A stretch of DNA of 64,000 bases from an uncultured Gemmatimonadaceae bacterium (GCA_963761305.1 CAVXGK010000002.1:3328001-3392000); one strand, 5' to 3'; shown: positions 9,385 through 19,946, counted from the stretch's first letter. Notes: generated from the letters alone by a model not told the origin. Made by a program: numbers and translations.

Positions 9385-11775
9385 CTACGACTTGAGCGTC
9401 GTCCCGAGAACTCGCCGCTTCAGATCGAGGAAGCGCGGGTCGTTCTCGACGCTGCGAAACCAGGGCGAGTTCCAGCCGAGAAGCGCGCGCAGGCTGAACG
9501 TCTTTTTTCGAAACGCGGTCTCCAGCCACTGCATCGTGTGATCGGCGTCTCCCATGCCGGCATACGCAATCGCGATGAAATCCGGATCGACCCACTGCCG
9601 CCGCTCTCGGGCCTCGATGAGTCGAATCTGCTCGAGCGCTTTGGTGCGGTTGCCCATCCTGCCGTAGGTCACCGCGAGACCGGTCGACGGCTGTCCGAAC
9701 GTCTTCTCGAACGCCGAGAACGCCTTCAATGCGTCGTCGTAGCGGGCCATGTCGAGATACGCGATCCCGTCGGTTGCCTCCCAGACGACGACCATCGAAT
9801 CGAGCGACTTGGCGATCGAGTCGACTCGAAGCGCTGCCGCCGGGCGTCCACCCCAGGCGAACGCTTCGGCGGACAGCCGCTGGGCGAGCGCCGACAACGG
9901 ATCGACATGGACCAATCTGGCGGCGAGCGAGAACGCTTTCGTCGTGTCGCCGGACAGGTATGAGAACAACCCGTACATGAACAACGCGTCCGGCGAGTTC
10001 GGGTCGAGCGCCAGGCCGCGCTCCATCTCCGCGCGCCCGGCGGCGAAGTCCCAAGTCGCCGCGCCGATTTCGTATCCGTGAATCACGCGCGCTTCCGCCA
10101 ACAAACTGTCGGCCGCCACCGCGCGCTCGGCCGCGGCCAGCGCCAGCGAGTGGTACTCGTGCGACGGCATGTAGACGTCGGAGAGAATGTCGTACACGAA
10201 GGCGACGCCGGCGTGCGCCTGCGCGTAGTTCGGGTCGAGCTTGAGGGCGTCCTGGAAGTAGCCGAGCGCTCTCTGCAAAGCGTCGGGAGTGAGCTTGTTC
10301 TTCTCGAACACGCCGCGGAGATACAAGTCGTGCGCCTCGGCGTTCGTGGTCCGCCCCGCGTGCGCGACGGCGACGACCGTCGGCGAGAGCACCATGCGCA
10401 TCTCGGCCGCGATCGCGCTCGTGATGTCGTCCTGCATCGCGAAGTTGTCCTTGTTCTCGCGATCGTACGTCTGTGACCAGAGCAGTTTGCCGTCGGGACG
10501 ATTGAGTTGCATCTGCAATCGAACGCGGCCCATGCCAGGCTGCAGCTTGCCGGTCAACAGCAGGCCGACGTGCAGCTGCCTCGCGATCTCCACCGGTGCG
10601 GCGCGCGTGCCCTTGAAGCGAAAGGTCGAGAGATCGCCCGCGATCTGCATGCCCGGAATCTTCTGGAGCTCGTGCGCCAACTCGCTCGTCATGCCGTCGG
10701 CCAGGTACTGTGTGGTCGAGTCGCCGCCAAGGTTTTCGATCGGTAACACGGCGAGCGTGTTGTCGACGGGTGCCGCCCCACTGGGTTGTCTGACAAAAAG
10801 CGCGACGACGCCGACAACGACCAACGTGGCGACCGTAAGCCCGGCGGCGAACACGTGCTTCGTTCCACGGTTGGTCGTCGTCGCCGTCGACGCATTGGGG
10901 CTTGCCGCGCCCGGCGTGACGATCGCGTCGAGCGCACGGACAATTTCCTCGGCGGTCTGCGGACGATCGTCGGGCGACTTCGCGAGGCACCGCATCACCA
11001 GGTCGGCGAGCGCCGGACTCACGCCGGCACGCAGGGTTCCGACGGGCCTCGGAGTCTCGCGGATCTGCGCGGCGATCAACGCCTGCGTCGAGCGTCCGGT
11101 GAACGGCGGCGCGCCGGTGATCAATTCGTAGGCGAGAATGCCCCACGCGTACAGATCCACTCGATGATCCACCGACGGATCGGCGACTGCTTGTTCCGGC
11201 GCCATGTATGCCGGCGTCCCGATCGCGATCCCGGCCGACGTCGTTCCAAACGCGCCGCCCCTCGCCCCCCCAGGGCCGGCGGCGTCGAGCGCCTTGGCGA
11301 CCCCGAAGTCGGTGACCATCGCCGCGCCGCCCGACATGAGAATGTTGTCCGGCTTGATGTCGCGATGGATGACGTCGTGAGCGTGGGCGTACGCGAGCGC
11401 GCTCGCGACTTCTCGCAGAATGCGGATCGTCTCGTTGAGCGGCGGTGGCCCGTCGCGGACTATGCGCGCGCGCAACGATTCGCCGTCGACGAACGGCATG
11501 GTGAAGTAGGGCAGGCCGTGAAATTCGCCCGAGGAGAGAAGCGGGACGATGTGCGCGTGCTGGAGCCGCGCGGCGATCGTGATCTCACGCCTGAACCGTT
11601 CGACCGAGAGATGCCCCGCCATCTCGGCCGGCAGCACCTTCACGACGACGCGGCGGTTGAGCGCGCGCTCGACGCCGAGAAAGACCCGCGACATACCTCC
11701 GCCGCCGAGCTCACGATCGAGCGTGTAGGCGGAGCCGAGTGCTTCCTCGAGCTTGGGGCGGATGTCGGCGGACAC
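9385..11775 (-). CDS. Ser/Thr protein kinase with TolB-N-like and TPR C-terminal region
   Basis: GGGGMSRV, HRDIKPDN, DFGVAK, GTPAYMAPEQ; LAVLPIENLG..YLADGMT; TPR-like ALKLDPNYAQAHAG. Confidence 0.95.
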   Translation of the reverse strand: MSADIRPKLEEALGSAYTLDRELGGGGMSRVFLGVERALNRRVVVKVLPAEMAGHLSVERFRREITIAARLQHAHIVPLLSSGEFHGLPYFTMPFVDGESLRARIVRDGPPPLNETIRILREVASALAYAHAHDVIHRDIKPDNILMSGGAAMVTDFGVAKALDAAGPGGARGGAFGTTSAGIAIGTPAYMAPEQAVADPSVDHRVDLYAWGILAYELITGAPPFTGRSTQALIAAQIRETPRPVGTLRAGVSPALADLVMRCLAKSPDDRPQTAEEIVRALDAIVTPGAASPNASTATTTNRGTKHVFAAGLTVATLVVVGVVALFVRQPSGAAPVDNTLAVLPIENLGGDSTTQYLADGMTSELAHELQKIPGMQIAGDLSTFRFKGTRAAPVEIARQLHVGLLLTGKLQPGMGRVRLQMQLNRPDGKLLWSQTYDRENKDNFAMQDDITSAIAAEMRMVLSPTVVAVAHAGRTTNAEAHDLYLRGVFEKNKLTPDALQRALGYFQDALKLDPNYAQAHAGVAFVYDILSDVYMPSHEYHSLALAAAERAVAADSLLAEARVIHGYEIGAATWDFAAGRAEMERGLALDPNSPDALFMYGLFSYLSGDTTKAFSLAARLVHVDPLSALAQRLSAEAFAWGGRPAAALRVDSIAKSLDSMVVVWEATDGIAYLDMARYDDALKAFSAFEKTFGQPSTGLAVTYGRMGNRTKALEQIRLIEARERRQWVDPDFIAIAYAGMGDADHTMQWLETAFRKKTFSLRALLGWNSPWFRSVENDPRFLDLKRRVLGTTLKS

Positions 11776-11857
11776 GGGCCTCCGTCGGCCGGGTCGAATC
11801 CGGGTAAGGTACAGCTCGAGCGGCCCGCTGGCACCCGCCCGAGCCTTCCTCGGCCGC

Positions 11858-12445
11858 CTAAAGCACCCGCCGCGCCGCCACGAAGTACGTCACGAACCAC
11901 TCGCCGCCCGAGTTGAGATCCGTGTAGCCAACCCCGCCGAGTGAGCTCGACGCATGGAGAATGCGCCCGTTGCCGGCGTAGATCGCGACGTGTGAGATCG
12001 CCGCGCCAGGCTCGGCGAACATCATGAGATCTCCCGGTCTCAGCGCGCGGAAGTCGGCCTCGACCGCCGTTCCCGCACGAACCTGCTCGCGCGCCGTCCT
12101 CGGCAGCGCGATGTGGTACTTCGCGAATATGTATTTCGTGAACCCCGAGCAGTCGAACCCTTCGCGCGGCGTGTTGCCTCCCCACGCGTAACGCGTGCCG
12201 ATGTACTCGCTCGCCGTGTTCAGCACTCGCGCGGCGGCGGCTGACGGCGGAGGAGAGTCGGGAATCCGTCGCCCGGTTCGCGCCGGTTGTCCGCCGCTCG
12301 TTGTCGGCGTCGGGGGAAGGCTCGCGATCACCGCGGCGAGGATGTCTCCGGGCGAGACGTTGAGCGCTGTCGTCGTGCAGCCGGCGAGTGGCAGCAGGGA
12401 TACGACGGCGATCGCGCCGACCGGGAGTCGTGCGGGCGTGATCAT
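11858..12445 (-). CDS. NlpC/P60 (C40) peptidase, probable lipoprotein
   Basis: Lipobox LAGC; YAWGG..GFDCSGF, LPRTAREQ, PGDLMMF, SHVAIY, ILHAS. Confidence 0.9.
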   Translation of the reverse strand: MITPARLPVGAIAVVSLLPLAGCTTTALNVSPGDILAAVIASLPPTPTTSGGQPARTGRRIPDSPPPSAAAARVLNTASEYIGTRYAWGGNTPREGFDCSGFTKYIFAKYHIALPRTAREQVRAGTAVEADFRALRPGDLMMFAEPGAAISHVAIYAGNGRILHASSSLGGVGYTDLNSGGEWFVTYFVAARRVL

Positions 12446-12665
12446 ACCGCACGCGAAGGCATCATTGGCGCCCGTTGCGTGGAGCTGCGGCAACAGGTTC
12501 CGGGTCAACGTGTTAGATGACCGGGCGGGTTGAACGAGAGCAGTGGACCGTCCGCTCTCGGCGACAGATCAGTGGATGGAGTAGTGGACGAGCTCGAGCG
12601 TATTCGGATCGCGCTCTAGATCCCGGGCCGTCTCGGCGTCCGAGGGCCACCCTCGAGCCGCGCTC

Positions 12666-14828
12666 TTACAATCGCTTTTGTAACTCGACGAACCGCTGTT
12701 CTCCACGCAGGAGCGTCAAATCGCTGTCGTGCTCGAGCCACTCCCGATGCCCGAAGCCGCACTCCACTGCCTTTTCCAAGCACGCCAGCGCTTCGTCCTT
12801 CATGTCGCCGAGCGCGTACACGCACGCCACGTTGTAGAGCACCATCGAGTCCGATGGATTCGAGTCGTGCGCCTTGCGCACCCAGTCGAGCGCGCGATCG
12901 CGTTGGCCCAGCTGCATCAGCGCGCCGGCGCCGAGGTAGAGCGCGCGCGGATCGTCCGGATGGAGGTCGAGGTGCCGGTCCAGGCGCTGCATGGCGCGGT
13001 GGATGTTGTCGGTCGCATCCTGCTCTCGCCCCAGCCCCTTGAGCGGGCCGGTGGCTAGCAGCATCGCCTGATAGTCCTCCGGTCTCACCTCGGCTGCCTT
13101 GGCGAAGTTTTTCGCGGCCTCGTCCAGCTTTCCTTCCTGGAGACACGCCCGGGCGAACAGGTAGTACGCCTCGAACAATTTCGGATCGAGCTGCAGGGCA
13201 CGCTCGAATTCCGGGCGCGCTTCGGAGTAGCGCCGGCTCAATGACAATGCGAAGCCGCGCGACGCGTGCGCCGCCGCAAGGTTCAGGTCGAGCTCCAACG
13301 CACGCCGGCTGGCGGCGTCGGCGCCGTCGAGGTTGGACTTGCTGCCGTCCCAATACATGTAGAGAAACGCGCAGCAGTCGGCGATGCCGGTGTAGGCGAG
13401 CGCGTACTCCGGCTCAATCTCGATCGCCCGCTCGAACATCCGCCGTGCGTACTGGATGCTCGTGCGGCTCCACTGATGGAAGTACTGGCGCCCGCGGAGA
13501 TAGTACTCGTACGCCTGCACGTTCACGATGGGCGATTTCTCGAGCGCGCGCTTCTCGTCCTCGCTCAGCACGAGGCGCAGCGCCTTGACGATGTTGCCGG
13601 CGATCTCGTCCTGGATCGCGAACACGTCCTCGAGCTGACGGTCGAAGCGCTCCGACCAGAGGTGATACCCGTCGGCCACGTTCACCAACTGCGCCGTCAC
13701 GCGGAGGCGGTCACCCGCCTTTCGCACGCTCCCCTCGAGGACCGTCGCGACCTTGAGCTTTCGCCCGATCTCGCTGATGTCCTCGCTCTTTCCCTTGAAC
13801 GCGAATGACGACGTGCGCGACGCGACGCGCAGCGCCTGCACCTTGCTCAGCGCGTTGATGATCTCCTCGGCGATTCCCTCGCAGAAGAAATCCTGATCGT
13901 GCTGCGGGCTCATGTCCGAGAACGCGAGCACGGCGATCGACTTCGTGTTCGCCTTCGTTTCCGGCGGCGTGGACGTGCCGCTGGGCCACGTGAGCGCCTG
14001 TGCGAACTGACTCGCCGTGGCGAAACGCGCCGCCGGCGTCTTGGCGAGCGACTTGGTGATCGCCTGGTCGAGAAACTCCGGGGTGTCGGGCCGCGCGTCG
14101 CGCACAGGCGGCACCTGCTCCATGAATAGTTTGGCCATGATGGCCTGCATGTTCGGGCCGGTGAACGGCGCCGACCCGGTCACCATCTCATAGAGCATCG
14201 CGCCGAGCGAGTAAACATCGGCGCGTCCGTCGATCTCGATCTCGCCGGACGCTTGCTCGGGGCTCATGTACGAGGGCGTGCCCACCGCCATCCCCGTCTG
14301 CGTGAGGCTGTTCGACGCCGCGGCGGAAATGGCCTTCGCGATCCCGAAATCCGTGACGACGGCCTCACCGTCGTGCATCATCACGTTCTCGGGCTTGATG
14401 TCGCGATGGATGACTTGCTGCCGGTGCGCGTAGTCGAGCGCCGCCGCCACGGCCCGCGCGATTTGCACGGCGTCTTCTATAGAAAGGCGGGGTTGACGCT
14501 GGAGGCGCTGTCTGAGCGATTCGCCCTCGACGAACGGCATCACGTAGTACAACAAATCGTCCGCGCGCCCCGAGTCGTACATCGGGACGATGTGTGGGTG
14601 CTGCAGCCGACCAGCGATCTGGATCTCGCGCAGGAATCGCTCGGGCCCCAGGCTCTCGGCGAGGTGCGAGTGCAGGACTTTGATGGCGACCGGACGATTG
14701 TGCCGGGTGTCGTGCGCGCGGTAGACGGTTGCCATGCCGCCGCGACCGATCTCACGCTCGACTTCGTAGTGGCCGCCGAGCGCGGTGTTCAGCTTCGAGA
14801 TCGAATCCATTGTCGCCGCACTCGTCAT
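12666..14828 (-). CDS. Cytoplasmic Ser/Thr protein kinase with TolB-N-like and TPR domains
   Basis: Kinase motifs; SIAVLAFSDMS..FFCEGIAEEIINAL; multiple TPRs ending YNVACVYALG; no TM segment seen. Confidence 0.95.
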   Translation of the reverse strand: MTSAATMDSISKLNTALGGHYEVEREIGRGGMATVYRAHDTRHNRPVAIKVLHSHLAESLGPERFLREIQIAGRLQHPHIVPMYDSGRADDLLYYVMPFVEGESLRQRLQRQPRLSIEDAVQIARAVAAALDYAHRQQVIHRDIKPENVMMHDGEAVVTDFGIAKAISAAASNSLTQTGMAVGTPSYMSPEQASGEIEIDGRADVYSLGAMLYEMVTGSAPFTGPNMQAIMAKLFMEQVPPVRDARPDTPEFLDQAITKSLAKTPAARFATASQFAQALTWPSGTSTPPETKANTKSIAVLAFSDMSPQHDQDFFCEGIAEEIINALSKVQALRVASRTSSFAFKGKSEDISEIGRKLKVATVLEGSVRKAGDRLRVTAQLVNVADGYHLWSERFDRQLEDVFAIQDEIAGNIVKALRLVLSEDEKRALEKSPIVNVQAYEYYLRGRQYFHQWSRTSIQYARRMFERAIEIEPEYALAYTGIADCCAFLYMYWDGSKSNLDGADAASRRALELDLNLAAAHASRGFALSLSRRYSEARPEFERALQLDPKLFEAYYLFARACLQEGKLDEAAKNFAKAAEVRPEDYQAMLLATGPLKGLGREQDATDNIHRAMQRLDRHLDLHPDDPRALYLGAGALMQLGQRDRALDWVRKAHDSNPSDSMVLYNVACVYALGDMKDEALACLEKAVECGFGHREWLEHDSDLTLLRGEQRFVELQKRL

Positions 14829-14960
14829 CGTCGACGGGGGTTGCGCCGAGGACGAAAGCCGCGGCGGGGCCAGACCAAATGTGGCCCTAACGTAGCCCAC
14901 GGGACGGATGCAAGCGAGCGCTGCTTCCGGGCGCGGGCGAGCCGCCGCCCCGAAGCCGCG

Positions 14961-17054
14961 TCAGAGCAGAATGTCGCCGCGTATCCGCTGTCTCATGGCC
15001 CACCACAGAGCGCCGAGAACGGAGGACCGTTGAATTACGACCTTTGCCTCGCCGGTTGCCGCCGCTCGCCATGCTCCCTCGGTCCGAACCGGCACCCGCG
15101 CCTCGATCGCGCCCCCGACCACGCCTCCGGCCGCCGAGACCCCGCCGATCGACGCTACGATTGCATTCCAAGGATCGGCGAGCGTCACGAGTCGCACTGT
15201 CTGCCCCGCCCGCACGCGCGTTGCTCCGGCCCCGTCGAGCGCGACGCGCGCTTCGAGAGAGTCCACCGTCGCGATGGAAAGAATCCGGTCGCCGGCGTTG
15301 ACACTGCGCCCGGCCTGCTCCTCGACCCGCGACGTCGTGATGACGCCGCTCCAACGCGCCCGAAGTGTGAGCGCATCGATTCGCGCCTGCAATCCGTCGA
15401 GCCGCGCGTTTGCGGCGGCGCGCTCATCATCAAGTCGCGCGACGATTGCCGCCTGGTTCGTCGCCCGCGCGCGGGACGCCGCGATGCTCAGCGAATCGAC
15501 CTGGCGCGCAGTCGATACCAACTCGCGCTCCAACGACCACACCACGATGCGGGCGACCGGCGCGCCGGCCGGAACGCGCGTTCCCTCGCGCACGAAGACC
15601 TCAGCGACGACTCCGCTGTCGGGCGCGACAAGGTCGAGTGTTCGCACCGGCGCGAGCGCGAATTGTCCCGACGCCGTGAGATTCCACGGGATGATCGCCA
15701 TCACGACTCCCGCAACGACCACCGCACTCGCGGCGACGATGGCTTTCCGTCTCCAGTTGCCACGTTTCCCTTTGGCGCGCCGCGTTCGCACGGCGAGCAC
15801 GAGCGTGCGTCCCCACTCGGCGATTCCATGGCGAGCGAGTGCGACGATCAGCCCGAGCGCAATCACGACTCCGATCACGCCCAGTGCCGCGCGCGCCCAG
15901 CCGAGGACCCACATCCCGACCACGGCGAACAGCAAGGCGACGTAACACACCGCGAGACTGCCGTAGATGAGAAACACACGCTTCTCTCGATCGCTCACCG
16001 ACGGCTCGGGAATCTCGAGGCGCAGCAAGTGCCGGCGGATCCACCAACCGAGGTACCCCTGTGCACGTTGGCGGAGATTCGGGATCTCCAGCCAATCGGT
16101 CAGCGCGAAGTAGCCGTCGAGCGGGATGAGTGGATTCATGTTCGTGAGAATCGTCGTCGCTCCGCCGATCAGCATCGCCGCGATCGCGATCTCCGAAATG
16201 AGCGTGCCGGGCCGCACAACGGTCCAGACGAGCGCCGCGATGCCGGCGATGACGAACTGAATCCAACTTCCGGCCGCCGTGACCCAGAGGCGCGAGCGCA
16301 CTTCAGGAAAGCTCCACGCGTCCGTCACGTTGCAGTAGAACGCGGGCTGAAAATACACGAGCATGAATCCCATCTCGTGGACTTCGCCGCCGAAGTACTT
16401 GCAGGTGAACCCGTGACCGAGTTCGTGGAGGAAGACGACACCCAGGCCGGTGAACCAGAGGACGACCGCGGCGCCGACCGTGAGATTGGTTAGTGAGTAC
16501 AGTTGAACGACGGTGTGCGAAAACTCGTCCCACCTCGCGGCGAGTACGCCGAAGTACGCGACGTACAGCAGCACCGAGACCGCGAGAAATGCCGGCGTGA
16601 AACACCAGCGAATCGCCGGAAGTACGCGGTTGAATGCCGCGTCGGGGTCGCCCATCGACCAGCGCATGCGGAGCAGCTCACCGCGAAACAACTTCGGCTG
16701 GCGTCTCCGCCGCCGCTCCGCGCGCAGTCGCTCGAGCTCGAGCGTGGTGCGCTCGACGAGCGTCCGTTCGAGCACTCCGATCGACGAGAGCTTGCGCGCG
16801 AACCCCTCTACCGCGCGCGCGGGAATGCGCAGTCCCTGCTCGGCCAGCGAACCCGCGATCTCGTCGGGCGTGCGTCGGCCGTCGAAGCAGCGCATGACGG
16901 CGATTTCCACCGCACCAAAACGGAAATACTTCCTCGTGGTGGGATCCTTTACGACGTAGCTCGTCTCGCCCTTGAACAACTGCTCGATGATGGCGAGGTC
17001 GGGTCGAAGTCGCGGAAGGAATCCCGCCGCGTCGCCAGTGAGCGCGGCACCCAC
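14961..17054 (-). CDS. PqqD/RRE-like domain + site-2 protease (M50) + HlyD-like adaptor fusion
   Basis: N-terminal SYVVKDPTTRKYFRFG..FDGRRTPDEIA..VEGFARKLSSIGVLE; zinc motif HELGH and NMNPLIPLDGY; C-terminal VFVREGTRVPAGAPV and coiled coil. Confidence 0.88.
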   Translation of the reverse strand: MGAALTGDAAGFLPRLRPDLAIIEQLFKGETSYVVKDPTTRKYFRFGAVEIAVMRCFDGRRTPDEIAGSLAEQGLRIPARAVEGFARKLSSIGVLERTLVERTTLELERLRAERRRRRQPKLFRGELLRMRWSMGDPDAAFNRVLPAIRWCFTPAFLAVSVLLYVAYFGVLAARWDEFSHTVVQLYSLTNLTVGAAVVLWFTGLGVVFLHELGHGFTCKYFGGEVHEMGFMLVYFQPAFYCNVTDAWSFPEVRSRLWVTAAGSWIQFVIAGIAALVWTVVRPGTLISEIAIAAMLIGGATTILTNMNPLIPLDGYFALTDWLEIPNLRQRAQGYLGWWIRRHLLRLEIPEPSVSDREKRVFLIYGSLAVCYVALLFAVVGMWVLGWARAALGVIGVVIALGLIVALARHGIAEWGRTLVLAVRTRRAKGKRGNWRRKAIVAASAVVVAGVVMAIIPWNLTASGQFALAPVRTLDLVAPDSGVVAEVFVREGTRVPAGAPVARIVVWSLERELVSTARQVDSLSIAASRARATNQAAIVARLDDERAAANARLDGLQARIDALTLRARWSGVITTSRVEEQAGRSVNAGDRILSIATVDSLEARVALDGAGATRVRAGQTVRLVTLADPWNAIVASIGGVSAAGGVVGGAIEARVPVRTEGAWRAAATGEAKVVIQRSSVLGALWWAMRQRIRGDILL

Positions 17055-18064
17055 TAGTCGCGCCGGGCGATCCGCTCGCCGGGTGAAAGGCCATTCACGA
17101 TCTCGACACGGCCGTCGCCGAGGTCGGCGCCAAGCGTGACGGGCCGAAGTGCCGTTCCACCATTCTCGACGACGAGCACGAATCCATCGGGTGCGACGGC
17201 GTCGCGCGGAATGGCGACGACGTGCCGCCGCTGATTACCGAGTCGAACGGTGACGCTGTTGCCGGGAATGAGCCGAGTGCCGTCCGATATGCGAAGTATC
17301 ACCTCGCGCGTTCCGCTCGCCGCATCGATGACTGAAGCGGCGCTCGTCACGACCGCGGCGGCGTTCGCTCCGTCGTCAGCCGCCACGGCCGCGTGATCGC
17401 CGACGTGCACGCTGGCCGCGCTCGACTCCGGAACACGAACGCGCACCAGCAGTGGCGCCGTCTCGGTCACGCGAAACAGCGTGTCGCCGACGTTCACATA
17501 GTGGCCGGGCCGCGCGTACCGAGCCGTGACCACGCCGCTGAACGGCGCCACGACCTTGGTGAGCTCCATGTCTCGCCGCGCCTTCCGTCGCACGAGATCC
17601 GCTTGTCGGTACTGAAGCTCGGCTTGCTCGGAATCCGCCTGGGTGATGCCGCCTGCCTTCGTCACCGCGCGGGCGCGAACGACCGCCTTGCCGAGGTTGT
17701 CGTAAGACGCTTCGGCCTGCGCGAGCGCGATTTGCTGGTCGGCGTTTTCCAACAGCGCCAACTGATTCCCACCGCTCACCCGATCGTTCAACTCCGCCAT
17801 CACTGAATCGACGTTCCCCGCCGACCGCGCCACCACGAACGCGTCGTGCTCGACATAGAGCTGCGCCGGCAACTGCAACGGCGCGCGCACGGTGGTCGTA
17901 TCGACGAGAATTCCTGCCGCCGCGGTCGCCGCCGGACGCTTCGCAGCCGCATTCGACTGCCGCCCACACGCACCGATGCCGACCAAGAACGCCGCGATCA
18001 GACGCGAACGCGCCGTTTGACCCGTCCACCTGTGCACCCGTCCACCTGTCCACCCGGCCTTCAT
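17054..18064 (-). CDS. Efflux RND/HlyD-type periplasmic adaptor (membrane fusion protein)
   Basis: Signal peptide ending GAC, VVAPFSGVVT, VIDAASGT, VEIVNGLSPGE; ATG overlaps the upstream TGA. Confidence 0.9.
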   Translation of the reverse strand: MKAGWTGGRVHRWTGQTARSRLIAAFLVGIGACGRQSNAAAKRPAATAAAGILVDTTTVRAPLQLPAQLYVEHDAFVVARSAGNVDSVMAELNDRVSGGNQLALLENADQQIALAQAEASYDNLGKAVVRARAVTKAGGITQADSEQAELQYRQADLVRRKARRDMELTKVVAPFSGVVTARYARPGHYVNVGDTLFRVTETAPLLVRVRVPESSAASVHVGDHAAVAADDGANAAAVVTSAASVIDAASGTREVILRISDGTRLIPGNSVTVRLGNQRRHVVAIPRDAVAPDGFVLVVENGGTALRPVTLGADLGDGRVEIVNGLSPGERIARRD

Positions 18065-19836
18065 CCCCACATCCTCCACCAAATGAGCCTGATCCGCCGC
18101 CACGGTTCACGTGTCGCGCGGCCGAGCACCGACGACCGATCAGTCAGGACGCGGGCATAGGCGACCATCCCTGGACGAATGAGACCTTCATCGTTCGGAA
18201 CGAGCGCGCGCACCGGGAATCGCACAACACCCGCGCTGTCGGCGCCAAGGCTCGCGATCGCCGTGACGCGCCCGACGAACGTTCGCTGTGGAAACGCGTC
18301 CACGCGCAGTCGAAGCTCGTCGCCTACTCGCACACGACCGATGTCGCGCTGGTCGACCGCGAAATCCAGCTCGAGCGAATCCGTTCGACCGACGACGAGC
18401 AGCTCACTGCCTGCGTCCACCCACGAGCCGAGTCGCTCCTGCGGCCTCGGCGTGAGCACGACGCCAGTGACCGGGCTTCGCACGAGCGCCGCGCGCACTT
18501 GTTCGTCGAGCACGTTCGCTTCGCGGTGCAGCGCGTCGGCGCGCAACCGCTGGAGACGCTCTTCCGCCGCATCGCCTCGCGTCGATGCGGCCGTCGCCTC
18601 ACGGTCGGCGCTCACGGCGTCAGACAACGCGGCATCGCGCGCCGTGCGCTGCTCGACGTCGCGCAGTTTCGCAAGCGGATCGCCGCGTGCGACACGCGCG
18701 CCTTCTCCCACGAACACGCGTTCGACCACACCGTCCACGAGCGGACGAATGTCGGTGCGAACACTCGGCCGAAACGTCGGGGCGTTGGCGTCGACGCGCA
18801 GCGGCCACCGAATGAGCGTCAGCGCTCCGATCACCACCGCGGCGATCACGGCCCAGGTGACGCGCCGCCGCGCCGGCAGCGCGAGGAACGCTTCCTTCTT
18901 CGCGTGAATCGCGCCGAGCGTGTCGGCCAGCGGGACCTGCTGGTACAGTTGGGCGTTGCGGAGCGCGACCGTCGCCTGATTGGCCAGGATCGTCGCCAGC
19001 TCGCGCTGCCGCTGCGTCGCGAACTCCGGACGCTCGGCCTCGAAGAGCAGAATGCCGAGCACTCCTTCGTCGTCCTTGAGCGGGATGTACAACCCGCTCG
19101 CGACGCCGTCCGCCTCGAGATCCCCTTCAAAGATCTGTAAGAAGAGACGCTCGGCATCGGACGCCGCCTCGGTGCGATCGGAGAGGTAGAATGCTTCGCC
19201 GACCCCGGCCGCCCACGCGCCGCGCACCGCGAGATCCTGAAGGTCGGGATCCGCCGGGTCGAACTTCTCGACACCGGCGAGCGCGCGAATGTCGCACTTG
19301 CCGCGTTCATAGAGAGCGATCGCTCCGCGGTCGAACGCGATCGCGCGCATCGCGAGATTCACCACCGCACGCATCACGCGGTCGAGATCGAGCGTCGAGC
19401 CGATCGCTCGGCTCATCTCCATCACGAGCTCGAGATCGCGCGTGCGGTCGTTCGCCGCCACGTATTCCGCATTTCGCAGCGCGACGCCGGCGACGTCCGC
19501 CAACCGCGTGAGCGCCGCGCGCTCGGCGGCAGTGAAAGGCCCGTGAGCGGCCAGGTCGCGCGCGACCCGCACCGCTTGCGGCGCACCCGGTCCGAGCGGA
19601 GCGACGAGGACCGCCATTCCTTCCTCGTCATCCAGCGGACTCGCCTGCAACTCGGACGAGAAGATGGCGCGATCCGCATGCAGGATCGCGCGCGCGAACG
19701 TCAGGGTTTTCGCCTCGACGTCGGCGGCATCGAGGCAGCCCGCGAGCTCGACCAGCGCACCGTGAATCGGATCGTCAGCCCCGATCGCCAGCTGTTCCGT
19801 CGGCGTCGCCGTCAGCGGCAAATCGGTCAGCGTCAC
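18061..19836 (-). CDS. GAF domain(s) + TM + HlyD-family adaptor
   Basis: GAF ends LADVAGVALRNA and LANQATVALRNAQLY; IGSTLDLDRVM; HlyD motifs VFVGEGARVARGDPL, VRSPVTGVV, IRPGMVAYA. Confidence 0.88.
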   Translation of the reverse strand: MTLTDLPLTATPTEQLAIGADDPIHGALVELAGCLDAADVEAKTLTFARAILHADRAIFSSELQASPLDDEEGMAVLVAPLGPGAPQAVRVARDLAAHGPFTAAERAALTRLADVAGVALRNAEYVAANDRTRDLELVMEMSRAIGSTLDLDRVMRAVVNLAMRAIAFDRGAIALYERGKCDIRALAGVEKFDPADPDLQDLAVRGAWAAGVGEAFYLSDRTEAASDAERLFLQIFEGDLEADGVASGLYIPLKDDEGVLGILLFEAERPEFATQRQRELATILANQATVALRNAQLYQQVPLADTLGAIHAKKEAFLALPARRRVTWAVIAAVVIGALTLIRWPLRVDANAPTFRPSVRTDIRPLVDGVVERVFVGEGARVARGDPLAKLRDVEQRTARDAALSDAVSADREATAASTRGDAAEERLQRLRADALHREANVLDEQVRAALVRSPVTGVVLTPRPQERLGSWVDAGSELLVVGRTDSLELDFAVDQRDIGRVRVGDELRLRVDAFPQRTFVGRVTAIASLGADSAGVVRFPVRALVPNDEGLIRPGMVAYARVLTDRSSVLGRATREPWRRIRLIWWRMWG

Positions 19837-19946
19837 CAGAGGGAGGGGCGAAACATCGGGTCCTGACGGCCGGAGGGAGGGGCTAAGCTGGCTCTAGGTG
19901 TGCTCAGCCGCAATGGCGGTCGACGGATGGATCGGCGGACCCGGAC

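Noticed and set aside
14253..16493. Long plus-strand ORF (746 aa) and similar long antisense ORFs elsewhere
   Set aside because: Shadow ORFs opposite well-supported genes in high-GC DNA, with Arg-rich low-information translations
18019..18056. Short GGTGGACA/GGTGGACG repeats at the start of the MFP gene as a phase-variation tract
   Set aside because: Only about four imperfect units in a signal-peptide n-region, with no evidence of slippage
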